From IMG/VR virus record IMGVR_UViG_3300022852_000152, positions 1-42,245 of that record: 42,245 nt of DNA. One strand, 5' to 3'. Numbering within the stretch: the first letter of the stretch is position 1; the number at the start of each line of letters is the position of its first letter. The DNA is from a virus. Its lineage: Duplodnaviria > Caudoviricetes. Positions 27,491 through 36,455 of this stretch are shown here, piece by piece. The position numbers and the translations under genes were made by a program. Under the pieces are notes generated by a model. The model ran no database searches, was not told where the DNA came from, and saw only the letters and a list, made by a program, of their open reading frames with translations.

Positions 27491-27620
27491 CAGTTCACCC
27501 AATGAATTCAGGGGGTTAACCAGTTCACCGCAGTTCACTAAGCTGGTGAACCTTCCGCTAACAAAGAATCGCGGGTTCCCAGTCCCGTACCCGGTCAATT
27601 TCGCCAGGGTCCCCGGCCCC
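27491..27620. other. Probable cos/packaging region
   Basis: Non-coding gap upstream of terS, with CAGTTCAC at 27491, 27521 and 27531 and inverted GGTGAAC at 27545; lambda-type terminase. Confidence 0.45.
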
Positions 27621-27639
27621 CGCCAGGCTGGCCGCCGGG

Positions 27640-27987
27640 TCACTGGCCCGACTCGCCGCCCCGTGGCGGCATCTCGCAGACGCCCAGCCGCTTGGCGGCC
27701 CAGCGTTCGTAAAGCCCGATGGCCACATCGGCACCGGCCATCGCGGTGAGGCAGCCGATCCCACCTGCTGTCCAGATCGACACGCCCGCCGAGTAGAACA
27801 GCATGATGGTGGACAGCCCACATACAATGCAGGCACCCGACCTGAGCACTACCCGGCGCACCAGGGACCAGCCACTGACACCGGCTTTGTCAGCCCGCCA
27901 CATTTCACCCGACACACCGCCGACCAGGGAAAGCACGATCACTAACCAGATCGGCATCTCAACTAACGCTTGCTGCTCACTATTCAT
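27640..27987 (-). CDS. Holin
   Basis: 115 aa from ATG 27987 (RBS GAGG), three hydrophobic segments, GGVSGEMWRADK; first late gene. Confidence 0.8.
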   Translation of the reverse strand: MNSEQQALVEMPIWLVIVLSLVGGVSGEMWRADKAGVSGWSLVRRVVLRSGACIVCGLSTIMLFYSAGVSIWTAGGIGCLTAMAGADVAIGLYERWAAKRLGVCEMPPRGGESGQ

Positions 27988-28022
27988 GGAGGCCTCATTG
28001 GCAAAGCACAGCGCCGGAAATA

Positions 28023-28050
28023 GAAAACCCCGCCGTTTGGCAGGGTTCTC
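28023..28050 (-). terminator. Terminator in late leader
   Basis: GAGAACCCTGCC-AAAC-GGCGGGGTTTTC on the minus strand, upstream of the holin. Confidence 0.6.
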
Positions 28051-28194
28051 AATGCACCGACTGGTCGGAGCGGGTTGCACAGCACAGTGCTTGTAGGGGA
28101 AGCGCCTAAGCGCACTTTTGATATCGTGGGGCCTTTTTACATGCCTCCGGAAAAACCGAAAAGTGCCTATTTACGGTACGTCGCAATGTGGTAG

Positions 28195-28743
28195 CTATGT
28201 CGCATCAATGTTACACACAAGTCGCATAGCCACCCGACGAACGGTCTGCTGGCGAACCCGACCAGCTCGAGCGGACAAGATGGCAAACACTTGTAGGTGC
28301 AGGGCTTTAACCCAGTTACGATATGTGCGGTCAGCATCCTCGGCCAGCCCTACCTCACGCATTTGCTCGCGTATCGTGGCCCCATGCAGGTAGCGAAGCT
28401 GAGCCAGCTTGGCCAGGGTTGCCCCCCGCGCATCACGTCGCTCCAGCTGGACTACTGCCGCATCAACTTCTGCAGCCGCGTGATCAAGGCCGGCACCGCC
28501 AACCAAGATCCGCGCACCCGAGGAGCCGCCACGCGGCGCAGCCCCTTTCCATTCCATGATGCTACCCATCTGGCTGCCAAGACTGGCATCCAGTCCAAGC
28601 TGCTCTCGGCGCTCGCCCCAATGCTTCATCAACTCCCCGATCAGTCGCAGGCGCTCGGTTTGGTCAATGAGCTGTGCCACTTCGATCCGGTGCAACATGA
28701 GTTCCGCCTGGGACTGGATCCGTGACCCCTGATTATTCGTCAT
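28195..28743 (-). CDS. Putative late-gene regulator/antiterminator (Q/PA0613-like)
   Basis: 182 aa from ATG 28743 (RBS GGGGGG); LMKHWGE...LRYL...RTYRNWV..LH HTH-like C terminus; position between replication and late genes. Confidence 0.55.
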   Translation of the reverse strand: MTNNQGSRIQSQAELMLHRIEVAQLIDQTERLRLIGELMKHWGERREQLGLDASLGSQMGSIMEWKGAAPRGGSSGARILVGGAGLDHAAAEVDAAVVQLERRDARGATLAKLAQLRYLHGATIREQMREVGLAEDADRTYRNWVKALHLQVFAILSARAGRVRQQTVRRVAMRLVCNIDAT

Positions 28744-28763
28744 TTGTAGCCCCCCATGCACTA

Positions 28764-29053
28764 CCCAACACACATTCAGCGAACCCAACACATACCCAAC
28801 ACGATTAAAACTCAATAAATTCAATGGATTATTAGTAGTTGTGTTGAGTGTGTTGGGTTTGTTGAGTTTTTCAGTGTTCGCATAGCTTTTATCTGAGTCG
28901 CCAATGAAACCGCCAAAACCGTCGCGCCTGCGCGTGCGCGAAAGCAAACCCAACACACCCGCCACGGACCCCGTACACGGCACAGTTAAAGCGACCCGCA
29001 CCCGTGTTGACCCCGCAATACCAGCGCAACACAAACCCAACACACCCGACACG
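28764..29053. repeat. Iteron-like repeats, probable replication origin
   Basis: CCCAACAC at 28764, 28784, 28795, 28949 and 29036; inverted GTGTTG(A/G)G at 28841 and 28850; AT-rich core 28804-28840. Confidence 0.65.
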
Positions 29054-29066
29054 CATATCGGCGTAC

Positions 29067-31844
29067 TCATGCGGCAAGCCCTTTAACGTGGTCCCAAGCG
29101 TCAACGTTCCATCCAGCAAGCTTCGCACTGGCACGCCATTTGACGACGGTCTTGCCCAGCTCGGCCGCATCTAAGGAAGGGGGCAGGGAAGGATCCCCAT
29201 CACTCGGGAAGAAGAAAGCCGCAAAGCGCCGGTTGTTACCATCGGTCCAAGGGACAGCTCGAGGAGTCTTCTCCACCGTCGCGCTGATCATCAAGGAGAA
29301 CTTGGTCTGACTCATTGAGTGCTCCTTGTTGCGCGAGCACCATTCGATGAAGAGCGCATACACATCGCTGGTGAGACAGCAGCCCCAGAGGTCGTGCCCG
29401 AGTTCGCCTGTGCGCCAAAGACTGAGGAAGGTCTGCCAAGCCGTTCGGCTCAGCGCTACTAGCCGCTGACGGGCCTCGGTTTCAGGCGGCCGAGTGCGCT
29501 GGTCGAACTCACCCAGCTCAATGTTGAGCAGCCAACCGTACAGAGCAGCCACACCGCCGCCAGCCAACTCCCTGCTAATCGCCTTCTGTCGCTCAACCGG
29601 CAGCGTTTCCATTGGCCACATGACCAACATTCGACGGTCGCTATCGCTGATCGGCCAGGGCATGATTTCGTTGCTCAGGAACACCGCGTTCATATGGTTG
29701 GCCTCCTCCCAACCATTGATGAACTTCGATTCCATCCGCACCGTTTTGCCGGTGATCATGTGCTTGATCTTGCCCACTTGGTTGTAACGCTGATCGCGGC
29801 TGACAACTTCCTCGAACACAGCCCAGAGCTTGCCGCTCTGCCAGGCGTTGAAGCTGCCCTCCAACTGCGTCTGACCTACGACTGCGGCGTATTGGCCATA
29901 GAGCGCACCAAGTACATCAGCGAACAGAAGGCTCTTACCTGACCCTTCCATGACCGAGTGCGCCAACACAGCGGTGTCCATCTTGGCCCCCATGTGCTGC
30001 AGCGGATATGCGAGCCACTTCGTCAGCCAATCAACCTCGACCTGGTTATGGTTACAGAGGAACGAAATCAACCAGCGTAGGTTCTCGCAAGCGGCATCAT
30101 CGCGCACCGGCTCAAGGGGTAAACCTTCGAAGGTATTGATGTATTCGTTGGGATCCTTCTTCATCGCGGGGTCAAACACAATGTTGTTAACGTCCACCAC
30201 CCGCCGATCCGGACTATTCAGCCACCACTTGTAGTCCTCCCCGATGGCCATCTTCACGGCGCCTTCAGGGATCCGGCGCTTCTTCTCACAGTCCCAAACA
30301 TCTTTGGTCCCGTCGATGTACACGTAGCGCTCCAGCGGATCGAGCTTCAGCGCCCCACCCTTTTTCGCAGCCATGCGCCGCACCTGATCCAGCTCTTGGG
30401 CTTTCTCGGGCGCGATCAGCTTCTTATCGGTGCGCTCCATCCACGCCTTGGCCACAGGCTTACCCACCAATGCCTCGAATCCAGCCCGCTTCATGGGCTT
30501 TGCCTTATCCAGATCCCACACGCTGGTGGTGCCTTCGATTAAGGCAAAGCGCCGCAGCGCATTCTTGATTTCGGCGCCTTCTTCCCCCGCTCCCCCGTCG
30601 GCCGAGGAGCTGGCCGGGCTGGCTGCTTCGTCTTCCGATGGGGCGTGGGGAAGGTCTGCCGCAATGAGATCGGCCAACTCGTCGAGCGAGACAGCTTGTG
30701 CAGACGCATCATCGGCCGATGGGACGCGGGAAAGCTCACCAATAGGGGGCGGTGATGGCGGGCGCGACTTTGCATCAAGGCCGAGGATCTTGGCAGCTGC
30801 TCTCGTAGCCGCCCGCTGATCTCCACCGTGCATCAGGGTGCAAAACACGTCGAACGCATCATTCTTGTGGCCATTGGCCAACGGATCGGAAGTGTGGTGG
30901 GAGAACAACTTCCCGTCGGTGATTGTTACGCCCGGCATCCCCGAGCTGCTATGCGGGCTAAGCCATTTGCCGTCGATACGCTTGTAACCATGCGCCTCGA
31001 TCATCGTGGCAATGTCATGCCGCCGGTTGAATTCCGGAATGACCTCGGGCAACGGATCGCCTGATCGAAATGCTGGAGCGGGCACTGCGGGCATCGGTCG
31101 AGGCGGTGCCACTGCGGGCATCGGACGCCAAGGGCACACGGCCTCCCCTTTCGGCTTGAATTCATCCCACCCCTGCCAGATGGTCAGCAACTCAGCAGGC
31201 AACTCAGGTAGGCCACCAGCATCCGGCGCCTTGCGCCAGGTGTACGGTTTTCCTGTACCAGGGTGAATGGATGGCGGCAGAACGTCCTGCACCAGGCCAG
31301 CACGCAGTTCGAACACCGTGATTCGCTTGAACGGCTCTGCCGCCATACGGCAGGCGTCCGCTCGCTCTGCATTACCCTCAGCAATCGCGGCCTCGACCTG
31401 AGCCATGATGCCTTTGTAGATCGTACCGTCGGGGTCGTGCTTGTTCGGCCATACCAGGGCATGGCGGCTCAGATCAATACCATCAGGAACACGGAACATC
31501 ACACGAAACCGCGCCGGGTTGCCCACTGATGTCGGGTACGCCGCCGCGATGGCGTCAACGTCGATCCCCAGCACTTGACTGAGGACCATCCGCGTTAGCT
31601 CGACGTCGTCGACATCAAGCGAGCAGACACCACTCGGCCCAAGCACGACACCGAGGTTGTGCTTGGGCCGCTTTGTCCAGAACGCTTCTGCCTCGGCCAC
31701 TTCCGTGAAGTATCCGCCAGGCTTGTTCCAGCCCTTGCCCTTCGGTCCTTTCTCGCCTGGCTCAATAGGCACCAAGGCGAGGCCGAAGGTTTCGATGTAA
31801 CGCCGCGCCCATACAGCGGTGGTCGGTCCTTGACGCTCAGTCAT
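29067..31844 (-). CDS. Bifunctional primase-polymerase fused to SF3 (D5-like) helicase
   Basis: N-terminal Prim-Pol (KGPKGKGW, HNLGVVLG..CSLDVD, VLPPSIHP.TGKPYTW); C-terminal EGSGKS Walker A, VFEEV Walker B, FLSNE, DRR. Confidence 0.88.
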   Translation of the reverse strand: MTERQGPTTAVWARRYIETFGLALVPIEPGEKGPKGKGWNKPGGYFTEVAEAEAFWTKRPKHNLGVVLGPSGVCSLDVDDVELTRMVLSQVLGIDVDAIAAAYPTSVGNPARFRVMFRVPDGIDLSRHALVWPNKHDPDGTIYKGIMAQVEAAIAEGNAERADACRMAAEPFKRITVFELRAGLVQDVLPPSIHPGTGKPYTWRKAPDAGGLPELPAELLTIWQGWDEFKPKGEAVCPWRPMPAVAPPRPMPAVPAPAFRSGDPLPEVIPEFNRRHDIATMIEAHGYKRIDGKWLSPHSSSGMPGVTITDGKLFSHHTSDPLANGHKNDAFDVFCTLMHGGDQRAATRAAAKILGLDAKSRPPSPPPIGELSRVPSADDASAQAVSLDELADLIAADLPHAPSEDEAASPASSSADGGAGEEGAEIKNALRRFALIEGTTSVWDLDKAKPMKRAGFEALVGKPVAKAWMERTDKKLIAPEKAQELDQVRRMAAKKGGALKLDPLERYVYIDGTKDVWDCEKKRRIPEGAVKMAIGEDYKWWLNSPDRRVVDVNNIVFDPAMKKDPNEYINTFEGLPLEPVRDDAACENLRWLISFLCNHNQVEVDWLTKWLAYPLQHMGAKMDTAVLAHSVMEGSGKSLLFADVLGALYGQYAAVVGQTQLEGSFNAWQSGKLWAVFEEVVSRDQRYNQVGKIKHMITGKTVRMESKFINGWEEANHMNAVFLSNEIMPWPISDSDRRMLVMWPMETLPVERQKAISRELAGGGVAALYGWLLNIELGEFDQRTRPPETEARQRLVALSRTAWQTFLSLWRTGELGHDLWGCCLTSDVYALFIEWCSRNKEHSMSQTKFSLMISATVEKTPRAVPWTDGNNRRFAAFFFPSDGDPSLPPSLDAAELGKTVVKWRASAKLAGWNVDAWDHVKGLAA

Positions 31845-32044
31845 CGGCCCCACTCCCGCAGCTCTTGGCAGCTGACGCAGGTTTCACAACCTGCGACAGC
31901 TTGCTGCCGCAGGAGCGGGATCGGCTCGTCGCAGTCGTCGCAGAACTGGGCGCTGGGTTTGGCAACCTTCAGTGTTTGCCGCTTGAGGGACGCCTGAAGG
32001 AAGCACTCCACCAGGTCATTGGCGATATCGGCAGCATCAGCCAT
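31841..32044 (-). CDS. TraR/DksA C4-type zinc finger protein
   Basis: MADAADIAND, CDDCDEPIP.LR, CVSCQE; 67 aa from ATG 32044. Confidence 0.88.
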   Translation of the reverse strand: MADAADIANDLVECFLQASLKRQTLKVAKPSAQFCDDCDEPIPLLRQQAVAGCETCVSCQELREWGR

Positions 32045-32525
32045 TGATGCGATCCTCCATTGCCTGACGAGCACCCGCCATGATCGCGAGCACCTGACGG
32101 ATTACATCCAGGCCCCGTTGTTCCAAGTCCAAGACTTCCGGCAGCGTCCAAATGTTGTCCGAGGCGCCATCATGGAGGCTACCTACAAACTCACCAGACT
32201 CCTCAAGGAGTCGCGCAACTCCCTGCAAAGCATCGTTGGTGGCCGGCACCGGCTCAGGGCGGTACCACACAGCTCCCGCGGGGCGGACCAGAGCGTCGAG
32301 CAGTCGGGGATCAGCCGTCCACTGCACAATCTCTTCAAGCTCATCTGGGGTCGGCCAGCGGCGGTCTTCATTGTGGTGAAGCTTTTTCTGCAGGGTATCC
32401 ACCTCAAGGCCCATGTCGAAAGCCAGCCGGGTAATACCGCCGTGATAGTCACGACCTGCGCGATAGAGCGCCTGTCGCAAGGTGAGAACCGGGCCAGCGC
32501 CCGGCAAAAGATCAATCCGACTCAT
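32037..32525 (-). CDS. Phage regulatory protein, CII family
   Basis: GGITRLA.DMG, TLQKKL, LL.ALVRPAG; position after cro. Confidence 0.72.
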   Translation of the reverse strand: MSRIDLLPGAGPVLTLRQALYRAGRDYHGGITRLAFDMGLEVDTLQKKLHHNEDRRWPTPDELEEIVQWTADPRLLDALVRPAGAVWYRPEPVPATNDALQGVARLLEESGEFVGSLHDGASDNIWTLPEVLDLEQRGLDVIRQVLAIMAGARQAMEDRING

Positions 32526-32651
32526 AACCGTAAATCCTAGGTTTACGGTGTAGCCACAAGACAGGGTAACCCCTATCCTACAACCACGACCGTACTGTGC
32601 TGTGCGACGTCGTAGCTGGGCTGGGGAGGTGAGAGGCCCCAGTCCAGCACC

Positions 32652-32876
32652 CTATTGTTTTGCTTGCCTCAGATATCCCCAATCGATGTCCGGACGCAGT
32701 GCTTCACAAGGAATTACCCCACCCGTTTCTCGATCCAGGCTGACAGCCAGACCGGCACCAGCCCGACGGTTGCCGTAAGCCACTTGCTTGAGCTGGCCTA
32801 CAGATGTGCCGCAAAGGCTCGCGAAAGCCTCAAGCCCCTCCTTGTCCATCGTTTTTAAGTACTCGCTAAGCGTCAT
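32652..32876 (-). CDS. Cro/YdaS-like HTH regulator
   Basis: 74 aa from ATG 32876 (RBS GGAGGT); FASLCGTSVGQLKQVAYGNR, LRPDIDW; divergent from CI. Confidence 0.85.
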   Translation of the reverse strand: MTLSEYLKTMDKEGLEAFASLCGTSVGQLKQVAYGNRRAGAGLAVSLDRETGGVIPCEALRPDIDWGYLRQAKQ

Positions 32877-32895
32877 AGACACCTCCATAGGCGCT

Positions 32896-32954
32896 CAGAT
32901 TAGCAATTGCTAATTAGCAAAACAATAGCATCTCGTAATTTACTGTTTGCTAAC
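32896..32954. promoter_or_regulatory. OR-like operators and cro promoter
   Basis: Perfect palindrome ATTAGCAATTGCTAAT at 32899-32914, degenerate copies at 32924 and 32939; minus-strand TTGTTT-17-TAATCT promoter. Confidence 0.75.
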
Positions 32955-32973
32955 AGAAAGCAATCATCGGCGC

Positions 32974-33678
32974 ATGGACATCAACGAAAGGCGTATCGCC
33001 TCCCTCCGAAAAATCATGGGTACCCTGAGCCAGAAGGAATTCGCCGAGGCTCACGACCTGGACGCGTCGTATCTGTCACAACTGCTGAACGGCCATCGCA
33101 AGCTGGGGGAAAAGGCAGCGCTCAATCTCGAGCTCAAGATCGGGCTCATAGCAGGGACGCTGACATCTCCTCGCTCAGAGGAGTCCCCCATCGCAGCCCC
33201 AGACAACGTGGTTCGTCTGCCCACAAGGCAGGCAAAGGACAAGAACTTCGTGGTGATACCGCACCTCGATATCGCGGCGTCTATGGGGCATGGCAAGGCA
33301 GCCCCGGAAATGCACATTGAAGTCATCCGCGACATGACAGTTCACCTCGACTGGCTCAGGATGCAGGGCCTGAGCTTCTCGAACATCGATAATCTGGCGA
33401 TCATTACTGGCGACGGCGATAGCATGTCAGGCACGTTCGCAGACGGAGACGCACTTCTCGTAGATCGCGGCATCACTGACGTGAAGACTGATGCTATCTA
33501 CGTTTTTACGCTGGATGGCGACCTCTACATAAAGCGCCTCCAACGCCTTACTGGAGGCCAACTCCGGATGATCTCAGACAACCCTGTCTACCCAGCGATC
33601 ACTATCGACGAGTCGATGATCGACCGCATGCATATTCAAGCTCGCGTACTGCTCGCCTGGAACGCTAAGAAACTTTAA
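32974..33678 (+). CDS. CI-like repressor (XRE HTH plus S24 peptidase)
   Basis: SQKEFAE..LDASYLSQLLNG HTH; ASMGHG cleavage region; GDSM and YIKRL catalytic dyad. Start ATG 32974. Confidence 0.92.
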   Translation: MDINERRIASLRKIMGTLSQKEFAEAHDLDASYLSQLLNGHRKLGEKAALNLELKIGLIAGTLTSPRSEESPIAAPDNVVRLPTRQAKDKNFVVIPHLDIAASMGHGKAAPEMHIEVIRDMTVHLDWLRMQGLSFSNIDNLAIITGDGDSMSGTFADGDALLVDRGITDVKTDAIYVFTLDGDLYIKRLQRLTGGQLRMISDNPVYPAITIDESMIDRMHIQARVLLAWNAKKL

Positions 33679-33736
33679 CGCCACCTTATGCTGTGACCCA
33701 CCAGCTTCCCGCTGGAGCACAGCCACGCCCGATCAA

Positions 33737-33779
33737 TTTAGCATTTGCTATTGATATCTCGATTAGCCTTTGCTAATTT
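33737..33779 (+). promoter_or_regulatory. OL-like operators and early promoter
   Basis: TTTAGCATTTGCTATT (33737) and ATTAGCCTTTGCTAAT (33762) overlap TTGATA-17-TAATTT. Confidence 0.78.
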
Positions 33780-33817
33780 CAGTCCGTGTCACCCTCTCAC
33801 ATCAAGGACACGGACCA

Positions 33818-33982
33818 ATGAAATCAGCACAGTACAATGCACCTCGAGCGGTTCTTCTCCATCCCACCACCTGCAGCAATCTGGCAAAAATTCGGACCTT
33901 CCAGCGGCTTACCGGCCTGCTGGTTGTTGTCTCCAGCTCTGGTAAAGCCCACGCGATTCCTTGTGCTGGAGGTGCCGCATGA
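33818..33982 (+). CDS. Hypothetical early protein
   Basis: 54 aa from ATG 33818; ATGA-coupled to the next gene. Confidence 0.55.
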   Translation: MKSAQYNAPRAVLLHPTTCSNLAKIRTFQRLTGLLVVVSSSGKAHAIPCAGGAA

Positions 33983-34488
33983 GCGAGTTCAACATACCTC
34001 TTCACCGGGTCATGCTGCTGCAACAGACCCTTGAGAGCGGCGGCACTGCTACGTGCCAACTGCGTCGACCTGAGACATCCGTGGACGCTCAGATCGAAGT
34101 CGAGAACGACGACACGACCCACCACATTAAGGTGACCCTCGGCCCGATCGCTAGCTCACTCGCATTGAATCGCGACCCTGTGACCAAGTACCAGCAGCTG
34201 CGCGACTTTATCCAGGACTTTGCCAATGGCCGGGCTGAATCAGCCGCTCAATCGGAAGAAGTGATCGCGCTGATGGAGGCGCAAGAGTGCGTGGACGAGG
34301 TTATCTCAGCCGGGCAGATCGCTTACGTCATCACTACCCTCAGCCCAGAACGTCCTCTCGGCGCGGTGGTGACCAACGCCATGGGCGAAATCTGCGCGGC
34401 GGCTACAGGCGTGTGCAAAGAGCATCTTGCAGAAGTTGTGCGTATGAAGCTCCAGCCTGCCCATGAGGGGCTCGGGGAGTGCGCATGA
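33979..34488 (+). CDS. Hypothetical early protein
   Basis: 169 aa, RBS GGAGG, ATGA overlaps at both ends. Confidence 0.7.
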   Translation: MSEFNIPLHRVMLLQQTLESGGTATCQLRRPETSVDAQIEVENDDTTHHIKVTLGPIASSLALNRDPVTKYQQLRDFIQDFANGRAESAAQSEEVIALMEAQECVDEVISAGQIAYVITTLSPERPLGAVVTNAMGEICAAATGVCKEHLAEVVRMKLQPAHEGLGECA

Positions 34489-34730
34489 GCACTCTGGAAC
34501 AACTACGCAGCCAATGGACGACCCCCTGCCCCACTCTGACTGCGGTAAGAGAGCACTACTTCCCTCATATCGGCTCAGACCGGCGCTTTAGGGAGCTAAT
34601 CCAAAAAGGCGAGATCCAGCTAACGCTGAAGAAACTGCACAACTCGGCGAAGGCGCAGCACGTGATCTACCTGCACGACCTTGCCCTGTACCTCGACAAC
34701 CAGGCCGAACAAGCGAAGCAGTCGGCCTGA
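34485..34730 (+). CDS. Pyocin activator PrtN-family protein
   Basis: 81 aa, LTAVREHYFPHI, SAKA...IYLHDLALYLD pattern. Confidence 0.7.
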   Translation: MSTLEQLRSQWTTPCPTLTAVREHYFPHIGSDRRFRELIQKGEIQLTLKKLHNSAKAQHVIYLHDLALYLDNQAEQAKQSA

Positions 34731-34814
34731 ATCTGGCGGCCCCGGCCATCAGGGGCAACGGCTCGCCACCACCTCTCACCCTCACCGGTGACGGGCCACT
34801 TCGGAGCACAGCAC

Positions 34815-35330
34815 ATGCAACCTCATCAATACGCACTCGGCGCCGGAATCCTCTGGCTGATCACGCTCATCGTCATCCCTTACCTGATCACGAAAGCCCG
34901 TGCCCGCGCTTTCAATAGAGGCCTGGAGACAGGCAAGTCTACCCAGAATCACGCGACCCGATTACAACTCAAGGAAGCCACGCAGGCGTTGCAAGATGTG
35001 CGGGCAGAACTTCAGCTAACCCAGCAGACCTGCGAGGAGCAACTTACCGCCAGGCAAGCCAGCATCGACGTACTCAAGGGAGTTATCACTGAGCTCGAAG
35101 CTCGAATCATGTCGTACACCGGGATGGCGGTGACCAGGGCAGACTACGACTTGCTGACTAAAGTTGCCGAGACATTGCGACTCACCCTAAGAACCATGAA
35201 AGCTTTGAAGTCTGAGCAGCAGGCGATTCTGGCGGCCAATCAGGCCCTCAGCATCGATTCGCTCGCCATGCGCGTCCATTCCCAACTGCGCTCCACCCCT
35301 GCCACGGCAGCCACAGTGGAGGCCGCATGA
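34815..35330 (+). CDS. Membrane-anchored coiled-coil hypothetical protein
   Basis: 171 aa from ATG 34815 (RBS GGAG); N-terminal TM helix followed by heptad-like sequence. Confidence 0.65.
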   Translation: MQPHQYALGAGILWLITLIVIPYLITKARARAFNRGLETGKSTQNHATRLQLKEATQALQDVRAELQLTQQTCEEQLTARQASIDVLKGVITELEARIMSYTGMAVTRADYDLLTKVAETLRLTLRTMKALKSEQQAILAANQALSIDSLAMRVHSQLRSTPATAATVEAA

Positions 35331-35692
35331 AACGAATCTATATCTCAGGCCCCATGACCGGCCTACCAAACCTCAATTATCCGGCCTTCAATGCTGCTGC
35401 AGATCGGCTTCGCGGGGAAGGTTTCGAAGTCGAGAACCCCGCAGAGAACCCGGAGCCCCCATGCGGCTCATGGGTCGGTTATATGCGCCTCGCCATCGTG
35501 CAAATTGCTCGTTGTGAAGGGCTGCTGTTGCTTCCCGGCTGGCAGCACTCCAAGGGGGCGAGACTTGAGCTTTACATCGCCCAGCAGCTCGGCCTGCAGG
35601 TGGCATCTCACTGGGACAGCCGAGCATTGGCCAGTCTTGTGTGGCATCAAGTCCCTACCAGTGGCTTCGACCTCGGAGGACAAAATGAATGA
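35327..35692 (+). CDS. DUF4406-like protein
   Basis: RIYISGPMTG...NYPAF...ENPA, LLPGW..SKGARLE. Confidence 0.82.
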   Translation: MKRIYISGPMTGLPNLNYPAFNAAADRLRGEGFEVENPAENPEPPCGSWVGYMRLAIVQIARCEGLLLLPGWQHSKGARLELYIAQQLGLQVASHWDSRALASLVWHQVPTSGFDLGGQNE

Positions 35693-36455
35693 GTTGGCTC
35701 TTTTCGCAGGCGCTGGTGGAGGAATACTTGCCGGCCACCTGCTCGGGTGGCGCACGATTTGCGCAGTTGAACGTGATGCCTACGCCGCACAGGTTCTGGC
35801 GCAACGACAAACCGATGGATTACTCCCGCCTTTCCCAATTTGGTCTGACGTGCGCAGCTTTGACGGCCGACGCTGGAGAGGCCTTGTTGACGTCGTTTCT
35901 GGAGGCTTTCCATGCCAGGACATATCCGGCGCCGGTCCCGGTACAGGCATTGAAGGATCGCGCTCTGGCCTCTGGAAAGACATGGTTCGAATCATCGGCG
36001 AGGTATTGCCGAATGACGTCTACCTGGAGAACTCACCAATGCTTGTGGGCCGAGGACTTGCACTGGTCCTCGGTGAGCTTGCCGAAATGGGGTATGACGC
36101 GGAATGGTGCTTTGTTTCAGCAGCAGATCTCGGAGCGCCCCATAAACGGGATCGGATCTGGCTGCTTGCAAAGAAAATCGAAGAAAACACGGATGTACTT
36201 CTGGCCCACGCCAGTGGCGAGCATGGCCAAAGGCTCTTCACCGAAAGCACTCACCCGCAAATCGGGTGCCGATCGATCCAACGATCGCCTAGATCACGCA
36301 GTGATGGCCCTGCACTGTGGCCAACCGAACCCGGCGTGGGTCGAGTGGCTCATGGGGTGGCCTTCAGGATGGACCGACTTAAAGCCCTTGGAAATGGCCA
36401 GGTTCCACGAGTGGCAGCAACAGCATTCCACGGTTTGCATTCAGGTCAGTGGTGA
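35685..36455 (+). CDS. Phage DNA cytosine-5 methyltransferase, alpha part (motifs I-VIII and X)
   Basis: LFAGAGG, SGGFPCQDIS, LENSP, PHKRDRIW, LKALGNGQVP; motif IX missing. Start ATG 35685 with RBS GGAGGA. Confidence 0.88.
   Translation: MNELALFAGAGGGILAGHLLGWRTICAVERDAYAAQVLAQRQTDGLLPPFPIWSDVRSFDGRRWRGLVDVVSGGFPCQDISGAGPGTGIEGSRSGLWKDMVRIIGEVLPNDVYLENSPMLVGRGLALVLGELAEMGYDAEWCFVSAADLGAPHKRDRIWLLAKKIEENTDVLLAHASGEHGQRLFTESTHPQIGCRSIQRSPRSRSDGPALWPTEPGVGRVAHGVAFRMDRLKALGNGQVPRVAATAFHGLHSGQW

Noticed and set aside
28744-29070. N-terminal extension of the 291-aa ORF
   Set aside because: It translates the iteron repeats (VLG-rich); a better start with RBS lies at 28743.
31083-31125. 27-bp-period duplication in the primase gene (RPMPAV x2)
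   Set aside because: In-frame Pro-rich linker duplication with no sign of separate function.
35391-35684. 98-aa N-terminal extension of the cytosine MTase
   Set aside because: It overlaps the DUF4406 gene; motif I begins right after ATG 35685, which has a strong RBS.
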